In this document: positions 54,372 through 64,000 of the stretch, piece after piece | How the letters are laid out: the number at the start of each line of letters is the position of its first letter | How positions within the stretch are numbered: the first letter of the stretch is position 1 | Assembly (NCBI GenBank): GCA_964057225.1 | Contig: OZ059894.1 | Location: forward strand, 13,578,001-13,642,000 | Length of the DNA: 64,000 bases | Source: Auanema rhodensis | Lineage: Eukaryota > Animalia > Nematoda | Direction of reading: 5' to 3' | Program-made: the position numbers and the translations under genes | Notes under the pieces: model-generated | The model's database searches: none | What the model saw: only the letters and a program-made list of their open reading frames with translations | What the model was told of the DNA's origin: nothing

Positions 54372-57300
54372 ATCTATGTCTCCCTCTTCTTCTATCATTC
54401 CTTTGGCTGGTTTTCGTTTCTCTTTATCTATCCTTTGCTCTCATGTATGTCTACTTTAACTTTTTCTTCTAGAAATAAACTGAGGAATGAGAGAAACTGA
54501 AGAGTTATAGAGAAAAAGAGGGTGAGCCTTGTTTGGCAACTTGTCAAGGTCACTCACCATGTCCCCAGGGCCGTCGATTTTTCGTCATCGCTTCACACAT
54601 ACGCATATACCCGACCAGCATGAGCGCAATGGAGCTGAGAGCCCACATACCCACACACTCTTCATACTCTTCAGACTACTCGAGAAGACTATTTATCCTA
54701 ATATGGATAGAGAACAGCTGAATCATATGCTGTTGCGTTGAATATGAACAGTGAAAAATTGGAAAAGCTTGTTCTCCGTTGACAATGAATCTTTAGATGA
54801 ACACTTCAAATAACAATATTTGCATCTCTGCGTGTAATGGTCAGCGTTTCTGGCCACTTTGTAGAATTCTTGATCACCACTCTTTCCCCTAGCCTCCTCA
54901 AGAAAGTGATTATTCGCAAGATTTTATTCAACTTCATCGGCTTTTTTACGAAGTTCTGTGATGAACTGGTCATCTCTTATGCCGGTGATTGGGCCTGCAG
55001 GGTTTCACTGCTTACCAGATGGTTGCTTCTATGATCCGAGAAAGTGCCGACATCAACCGGAAAAAGTTGTCAACATCCAATGGACTCTGTTGTGAAGTGA
55101 AGCTTACGACCATCTGCGAGCTACTGTGCCATAATAGAAGTTACTTAAGTCCCTATTCTGATTATCGGCCAGATTAATTGATTATATCTCTGATTTTTTC
55201 AAATCTCAAGATCATGCGATGTTCTGAGATTACAGCATGGTATTCAAAGCCACTCTCTGAGAGCAAATGGTCTACAAACGACATCATAAACATCAAACAA
55301 CTTCTGCTCCAACTCATATTGTGTACTATGTCATTTGGTCAGCAATATAAACTCTTCAAGTATAAAGAAAGTATAGAAAAGAGAAAGAAGAAGAAGAAGA
55401 AGAAGAGGCTGATGATAAAAGAAGAAAAATCTTTTAAAAGATTTCAGTGAGAATAAGAGAGAAATTAAAAGAGAAAAGGAGAAAATAAGATGAGAGATAC
55501 AATAATGACGTGAATAGAAAATCATAAAAGATTATAAGGTTGTATCCCTTGACAGATAATAATAAATGTAATATTATGATCAGCTTTTCAACTAAATTTA
55601 TCAGAGTAAGCTATAAACTATGTCTAATTTCAAATATATTCGGGTTCATTGTTAAATAAAAAGGAAGACACCAGTCTAAACAAGTATAGTTTGTTAGAAT
55701 CTTCTTTTCAAAAGAAAGTTTTCTATGATTCCTTCAAGTAATTGATGTGTTCTCTGTCTTGTTCAGATCTTTTACTTCTAATCCAGAGAATGAAAGATTG
55801 ATAGTTTATGTAAAAAAAAGTAATTTAAAAGACTGATATAAACAGATTTATGAATATGCATATGTATTCTTTATATACTATTTTCAAACATAATGTTTGA
55901 TATAGTTAAAGGTTAACAACATCAAATTTAATTTTATGATACATTAAATAAGATTATTTGCTTCTAGAATTATCTTGAACTCATTAATCCTATCTGATTA
56001 CACTCAATTTTTTCATAAAAAGCAACCGTTCATTACGGCTCTCAGAATTAAAATAATGAAAAGATTTCACGTGTTTTACGTGAACTATTCATTTATTTCA
56101 AGAGTTGAAAAACCATTTGTCGTATTTCTTGTTAAAATAAGTTCAAAGAAAAGACTAACAGATTTGTGCCAAGACTAGAGTTTGAGAGTTCAAAGAGAGT
56201 AATACAGAATGGGAAGAGAGAAAGAGAAGAAGAGAGAGAGAAATAGTTGAAGAAAGGATCATAGAGGGAGAGAGATAACAAAAAATTCAAATTAAGATGT
56301 CAAAATCCATTGCTACAATGGAGCACTTATGGTATGTTGTCGATAGATAACTCAATAAAATATAAAATCCAATAGATTCTGACATCATAAATTTGCAAAA
56401 TTTTCTTTTTAAATTTCTATAAGTATATACTATAGATGTATGTATATAAAGATATGATAATCTGATTTAATCATTAATTATTTCATATGTCCTATGTCCC
56501 TCATTTCGAATTTTTTGTCTTTTTTAGTGCTTCGAAAACATTATTGAAACATACTTATGAGCTGTGAAGACTGAAAGTCATCTAACATGTGGGCTATGTT
56601 TTAAAAAAATGTTCAAGAATTTTAAGATAAATGACCTAATATGGCTTTCATTTTGGTCAAAAAGGACATTGACGACGCTTGGTGAACGTTTACGATTTAT
56701 CTTTAGCTTTTTTGAAATAAAAAGACATGAAGACGTTGACTATGTTTGATTTTGAAAGCTTTGAAAGTTCAAAAGAAAAGAACAAGTTGTATGTTTGTTT
56801 GAATACCTATGAAGCATTCATAAAAAATATAATTATATTGATTAGCACATATTTAACTTACGATAAACGATGGCCATATTCAGAAGCTAGAACATCCGGC
56901 AATAAACCATGAATATTCATTTTTTGTATTGGCTTTTACTAATAAGAGAGAACTCAACAAAATATATTTTGAGAAGAATATATAGCAAAGTCGAATACAA
57001 ATAATTAGCAACTTCTGATATATGCTGTCGATGTCGTTAGTAGAATCTTCTGTGTACTTGTCAGGTTTATAAAGTATTCGACCTCGACATAGCTATGTAG
57101 CATAATGCTGAAGATTGATAGCAAGAATTCCGAAAATTAGGCTTGTGATGTCCTCGAATCTGAGTCGATTAGATAGAATAAGCTAGTAGAAAAGCTTCAT
57201 CGAGTGACTTCTAATCTGTTTTTAAGGCAAGAGAAAAAAAAATTTTCAGCTCACTGTGTCGTCGTGGTCGTGGCCTTCGTTTAAGCTTATGAAGAATATG

Positions 57301-60300
57301 CGATGTCTCTATGTAATTTTACATAGTATATATCTCTTATATCATCAATGTCGTCATCATCGCCTTCTTTATTACTTCTCTAAGAATCTGTTTAATACAT
57401 CAAATTTCTGTGAAAAGGTTTACAAATTCGACAAAGATCAGAACATAATTTACTTTTTTCTGACTTCTATATATGGATGTCGACGTGAATCTGGATAAAA
57501 GAAAATTTGAAAAGACAATTGCTTTTGCTTTCTTGGCGCACTTAGATATACATATGAAGAGTTCAATTCAATGTTCTCATGTTCAGAACAATGAATTCTG
57601 AATGTTATACATATGAATGAATACATTGAAGAGACAAAATCGAGATTGAAGAAATCTCAAAGTTATAAACTTTCTCTATCTCTCAAGTCATTCGACCATA
57701 TTTCAATATTATAATTTAAAATATTTTTATTTTAACTCTATGTATATGCATGAATGGATATATTACTATAAAGATTATAATTTTTATTTAAGTTTGTTGA
57801 GATGAACTTTCATTAACAAAGAAGATATTCCATAATAAAAAAATATTTATGTTTAGTAACTTCAATTAACCCCAACTTAATAAAAATTAGACCGTTATGG
57901 CGAGAAATAGAAGAAGACTAGAGGAGATGAACATGAAGACGAAGAAGTCATATCGGAGTAAACAATCATCACCAGGCTCACACATCCACAGAGCTATCTA
58001 TCCATCTATTCAACTACATACACTGGCAGCCATAATGATGGACAGAAGATTTTGACATGAATCTCTACTTCTTCTCTCTTTCTCTCTTTCTCTTTCTCTC
58101 TATCTTTCCTATTACATCTCCGATGTTCTCATGACTCCTGTTCTTATTCTTTTTCATTTCCATTCCTATTTTCTCTATCAACTATTCTCCATTTCTTTCT
58201 CGTTTTAACTTACTTATTCTTGGGATCATTAGCGTTGTTTAAAACTTTTCCGAGAGAGTAGGAAAGATTACATTAAACTGCAGAAGATCAGTACTTCTCT
58301 TACAAGGCGTATGTCTTCGTCAGAACAATATAGACATATTAACCCCTACGTATCGTAAACGGCATTATATAGTTTTACCATGTAACTTCTAGTTAAGCCC
58401 AAAGTATTGCTAGAATGTCAAATACTGCATGAGAGTTTATCATATACATCTACTAATAGGACGACATACAACACTTTCATGTTAACTCCACATTAACGTT
58501 TTATATTATTATAAAGAAAGTTTAGATGACGTTTAGAAAACGAAAATTTCAAAATATATTTGTGGAAATGCCGAATAAGAAGTTGAGTTAAGTCTTAACG
58601 AGATCTTCAAATGCGACAACTAAGTGTGAAATCATGAGCTTATGATTGACATGTAGTCTTATCGGTTAGGTTCATCAAAAACCTTAATCATATGATATTT
58701 CAAATATGAATAGATTTTTTCGTATTCGTTCTATGACGCTTTACAAATGTTTTCCAAAAATATATTTTTTAAATAATAAAATTGAAAAAACAGATGAAAG
58801 CTCGACTTGCTACTTATCTCGATCTCAAAGCATTTGCTTTCAACCATTTCTCTCTTACTCACATCGAAAGAAGCTCGACTTCGAGCATTGCAAGCTTGTC
58901 AGATATTTTAGTCGGTAAGCATAAAAAGGAGTTGGAATCATAAATTCAAAATCCAACAATTAATGTCTTAATATGGCCAATATGATGATTCTAAGATGTC
59001 TGGAAAATAGCTTTAAAAGCCAAATAATCGGATGATGTATTTTCAATGGCATCGATGATTAGTAGCCTCTTAAGCATCTCTCTTGAAAAATTAAACGATG
59101 AAGCTTGCCCTTCCGCAAACTGCCGGATTTACAATTGAAGGAGAAGAAAAAAATGGAAATTCATAAAGTAAATTAAAGCACCACAGCATATAGCATAGTG
59201 ATTCAAATAAAAAATATTGAGAGATTTTTATATGGAAAAAAGAAAAAGGAGAAGTGGATGAACGGAAAAGTCTAAAAAAAGGATAAAAAAAGTTAATTGA
59301 ATATCTGCTTTTGTAGATGATTTTGGAACATCAACGTCATTTAAAGCTTTTAAAGCAAAAGATGTATAAATCAAAAAGAAAAAAAACTTATATTTTAGAG
59401 AAATGGAAACATTTACATGTAATTTGACGACAGGAAGCTTCTAGGTTTTGGTGAAAGATATATCAATTAGTCGTATGCGCAAGACATTTCAGAATAGTAG
59501 TCAAATCTTTCAACTATACAGCAAAAAAAAAATTTTTTTTGTTCTTTTCAAATAGAATATTATAAGCTATGCAATAAACATTGTTAATTTAATAAAATAA
59601 TATATTTTTTCCGTTTTAATAGAAAATGTATTTATTTTAAAATATAAATATATTCATATATGTATATATTTAATAAGACAATTATCATTTCCAGAAGGGT
59701 AACAAAGAATAACAAAAATGTTGTTTGTTTGTTTTAATATCACTAAATTATTGTCTATTATAAATATATTTTAATATATAGTTATATATAGTTATATATA
59801 TATATTTTTAAATATTCTATATTTTTCGTTATCGCTCATCACTTTATCTTAATTGCGTTTTACGTAATAATGGCAACATTTTGTAAGCTACATATTACTA
59901 AAGATATGACTATCTAACCTTAATTCCTCTATATCTTTGAGGTTATGAAGTGAGGGAGGCGAGCTGGGTGGCCCGACACTACCACCCGGACTGGATGCCC
60001 GATGTTGCATGTAGAGCGGATTCAGCATGACTGTTTTTAGCTAATTCACGTGTAGTCTCACGTGATCATCAGCATATGCTGAGAAAGATTTAGAAATTAA
60101 TAGAATATGTGTGAATATGAGCGGAATAGCAATGTTATCTCGATTAGTAGTAGTTATCAAGCGTACTAGTAGCATGCTCGACGGAAGTCTTCTGGTAACG
60201 GTAAGTGAAGATCACGTCATTCACGTTGGGAAATCACGCGAGGATAGACGGACTGATATAAGGGTGGTAAACAGACTAGTAAGGAACTATGAAGCTTGTC

Positions 60301-62871
60301 GATTTGTGAATATCCAGAAGTAGCCGAATGGCCCCTGGCTGAGTCAGTTCCAAGCCCACAAGGGCTTTCAGAAGCATAAAGGCGGGGCTTACCGCCGTAT
60401 GGGCGGGGTTTCTGGGTTTTGGACCGACGACCTCTGTCCCAAGAGGTTATGAAACTAAGAAAGAAAGAATGAAAGCTGAAGAGGAAGAGGAGTAAGAGAT
60501 GACGATGAAACGTTTTTAGGAAAGAAAAAAAATAAAAATATGGAAAAACTCGTAACTGGAGGTTGGATATTGAGCCAGAAAAACTATTTTAATTTGTACT
60601 AAATGGAAACCTCTTCATTATATGTGGAATTGGCTCTGACTACTACTAGATCAGATTAAGCCGTCAGTGTTCTCGACAGCTATCGATTCATATGTGGCAT
60701 TTTCTTATAAGTGAAAGGAATTATAATATAAATTGAATACAAGAATCAAGTTGAAATTCGGGACACCAATTTGCTCCAAAGAATCTTCAAGTATTCTTAT
60801 TCGTTTCTCATGTTTTGAGTGTATAGATAACTATATGAAATCGTTAATGGAAAAATATATGATACCGTTTATCATATAATCATAACTAACTTGATCAATT
60901 TCAGTAATTTCTGAATTTGATGAGCATCTTCAGAAGGTAAATGAGTCCAACCAGCTGAATCAGCTCCTTCCGAAATTTCCGGAATAATTTTTAATTTAGT
61001 ATTAGGGGCAGAAGTTGAATTAGCAGAATTCGATGATAAAAGTTGATTAAGAATATTATTATTACTATTATTAGATAGAATAGGCTTGCGACGATGCTGA
61101 TGGTGCATTTTGAAGTTTTGTATTCCAAACTGTTTATTTTAAAAAATTTTCTGAAATAATCAATGCGAAGTGAATCTGGCTTCATCTTCCGATCGTCAGC
61201 TAAACGTTCGTCATGCAGATGTGGTTTAATTTCAGAAAAAGTCTTATTGATTGAGCAGAAAGAAGTTTCTTAAAGTTCTTCAACCAAAATATTATATGAT
61301 ATGGTTAGCATGTATGATATATATAATTATAGATTATAATCTCATACTTAAAATGATTTAGTTAATGTTATAACATATATTAATGTTAATATAACAGTTT
61401 TTTACACAATAATAGAAACATGAATAACCTATATACATATGTAAATGACTGTTCATGAATTAACAATTGAATATCTAATGGATTTATAAGTTGTTTCTTT
61501 ATTTTTTCAAATTGATTCCACTAGTTAACTGAATTTTTTCATTACTTACCGGTATATTCTGGCTGTGAATTTAACCCGAGCGAACATATTTAACAGCTGA
61601 AAAGCGCGTGCAAAACAGGAAAATTCATTGGAAGACGTAAGAAAATGAAATAATAGTAGTTGAAGTTAAACGATATCAAGTTTAAAAAAAAAAGACAACA
61701 AAAAAAAAACAAAATAGAAACAGTTAAGTATAATATAATAAAAATATAATAATAATAATTTGAATATAAAATATGTGTTTCTATTGTTTTTTTTTTAAAT
61801 ATTGAACAACATATATTGAAACATAAACTGATCTATCCTATATGGATAAAAAATGTTTTAGAATGTTCTCTTTAGTTCTTTAGAATAAGAAAAAGAAGAA
61901 AAAAAAAGAAAATTCAATTTAAGTTTTACGCACTTTCAAAGATGAAGAAATTGAGAAAGTTTCTATTTACTACATATATGTATGTATGTTCACTTCATTT
62001 ATATTTTTATATTTTTTATAAATATAAAACATTTAACTATTCGAAACTGTTTGTTCAAATTTAATTATGTCAAAATTTATTTTTCTTTTTTTTTTATTCA
62101 AACTTTTGAAAGTTCCGTAAATTTTAAATAAAAAAAACAGAAAAAAGATTTTTTGGATGAATCGAAAATGTAACAAAAATTAAATATATGAATAATTTTA
62201 CATATAATATATATTTATAATGTAATTTTACTTTATAAGGTTTATATTCCAATTTTTTAGCTTTTGATAATGTAAAAAGTAAAACAAAATATTTTTTTTA
62301 TAATAACAGGTCAAGCTAAAATATCAAACAGTTTTGTGAGTTTAATGAAAGAGCTTTAAACAAAAAAATTTTAAATTATATGCATGGATTTTCGAAAAAA
62401 ATATGAAAATGCTTCCTTATTTACTGTTTGAAAATAATTTCTTATTATAAATTTAGTTAACTGTAATGAAAAATAGAAAAATAGAAATATTTGTTACTGT
62501 TGCAAAGCAGTGGGATAAATCATGATAAATGATTTAAATAATTAGAAAAATGTAATAGTTAATAGAATTTGAACAAAAAAATGGGAAAGAAACGAAATAA
62601 ATTATGTATGAAATAGAAATGAAATTCTATTTTATGTTGGTAAATAGAGTACTACGTTTGTATGCAATAAAAAAAAGAAAATATTCATAATCAATTGGTT
62701 TTCAACTTTTTTTTTTAAAAATGTTAAAATAAAAATAAGAAAGATGTTTCTATATCGATGTTAAAAACGTAAAATATTCTATTGCAAAGTGACTGACCTC
62801 TGTTGAGAACTTCCAGAGCGGGTCGTATGCATTGATGATGGATTCTTCACCGAATATACGGATTCGTGCAT
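48710..62871 (-). CDS. Two-pore-domain potassium channel (TWK/K2P family) with alternative 5' exons
   Basis: M1 NLRIALPHVGLVILSAAYTLLGATIFYH (51895-51812), P1 WSFESSIFFSWTAITTIGYGHIVP, M2 IFYALFGIPLILVTIADMG, P2 [24 protein letters not shown], M4 LAYIILGLIITTMCIDLVG; C-terminus ...DMVNQGMS* (48712-48710). Upstream exons chain in phase: 62871-62798 > 60454-60393 > 60030-59919 > 52666-52534 > 51895. Confidence 0.88.
49766..49809. repeat. 44-bp palindrome built from four ACGT units (intronic)
   Basis: ATTACGTGAACTTTTACGTA-TATT-TACGTGAAAGTTCACGTAAT; 20-bp arms with one mismatch. Confidence 0.9.
50056..50113. repeat. (CT)n microsatellite in a TWK intron
   Basis: Perfect TC run of ~58 bp. Confidence 0.97.
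54317..54372. repeat. (CT)n microsatellite
   Basis: Directly visible. Confidence 0.95.
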
Positions 62872-64000
62872 GTTTCTTGGCAATGGACTGAAATGATTGA
62901 ATAATCACAATAGAATACAGAAATAAATATAAAACTAAAACCATATATGTATATATAATTATAACTTTTTTTTTCATTTTTTTTCAAAAATCTTAAAAAA
63001 TAAACAAAAAAAAAGAAGAATTGTTTAAGTACCTAGGTAAAATTTAAATTTTAAGCTATCTGATCTCTAGTTTTTTTAGATTTTGAAAAACATTTAAAGA
63101 AAATAGAATAGAAGATTGTTTTTTTAATTGCACAGAATCAACAACCGCTTCATTCAAATACTAAACAAAAAAGGAAATTTAAGGTTTTTAGATGCCACGT
63201 GAACTTTCACGTCGATATCAGCTTGGCATAACTGGTTGAGTCAAGCTTGTATATAGCACGACTAGTAGGTAAAATAAAAAAAATTTGTTATTTGTTTCAG
63301 TCAAAACACAACATAAACAGAGGACAACAAAACATAAAAAATAGATAATAAATAGAAAATTAAGATTAAGTAATATATAAATCTCTATAGCATATTATAT
63401 TATGTAGATATAGTAAAAAGAAGTATTAAGAATTGGTTTCAGGTAAACTAAAACTAAAAAGATATGAAGATATCCAAATAAATGTATGTATACATACACG
63501 TGATCGAATATACATATGTATATGTATATATCAAGAAGTTTGTTATATTAGAACCGTGGACATTTATATATTTTTGAATAGAAAAAAATGATATTTGATC
63601 TATCATTATTATAATTCTGACCACTTAAAATATTTTTTTTTATAAAAAAACGGATTGTTGACAAATTATTGGAAAAACTAATGAATTGGTAATCTGATAA
63701 ACTTTGCTAGGTTCTGTTTAGTGTTCAAATCATGCATTAGGAAAATTAAAAGATTTTCGTAGTAAGTAAAAGAGCTACACCATGGACATTCACAAATCAT
63801 TGTGAAAAATAGAAAAAACTGAACTTGAAATGAGAAATTGACGTCCATTTTAGAAAAAAAAAGCAAAAATAAAATAGAAGCACTTTGGTGTAAGTGTTCA
63901 GAAAAATCAAAAGGATTCGTAAATTGAAAAGAATACATTGAACATACCTGAATATGAAGTTATGAACAGCAGTCAAAGTCATGGTGACTTTTGCAAAAAT

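Noticed and set aside
57866-58350. piggyBac-like TTAACCC ends
   Set aside because: No matching inverted terminus or transposase remnants.
1-64000. CRISPR arrays, rRNA, telomeric (TTAGGC)n, prokaryotic systems
   Set aside because: None seen; the window is intron-rich nematode nuclear DNA.

Overview
AT-rich (roughly 70-75% AT by eye) eukaryotic genomic DNA from a rhabditid (clade V-like) nematode. Evidence: many 40-55 nt GT-AG introns, TTTCAG-type acceptors, probable trans-splice sites and a near-identical SQT-3/COL-1 cuticle collagen. Most ORF-track entries are exon fragments or microsatellite artefacts, so I assembled gene models by hand. In order: an LRRC9-like LRR gene, the glutamate-cysteine ligase modifier subunit, a Lifeguard/TMBIM gene, a convergent pair of secreted low-complexity proteins (Gly/Asn/Phe-repeat and Arg/His/Pro-rich), two orphan minus-strand loci, a ZIP-3-like bZIP factor, a 104-aa 8-Cys secreted protein with HELGH, a two-TM protein, sqt-3, and a 14-kb two-pore K+ channel (TWK) gene with at least four candidate alternative N-termini. 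The main unexplained signals are: (1) the bZIP locus appears dual-coding, with a spliced 125-codon upstream ORF overlapping the bZIP frame, switchable by a 22-nt alternative acceptor or a +1 shift, downstream of a C/EBP-ATF element; (2) a dispersed family of phased, often palindromic ACGT arrays (core ACGTGAAAGTTCACGT) occurs at about 7 sites; (3) the K2P gene has a frame-preserving cassette exon with a single TGA. No rRNA, tRNA, CRISPR array or intact mobile element was found. All splice models are predictions from sequence alone.
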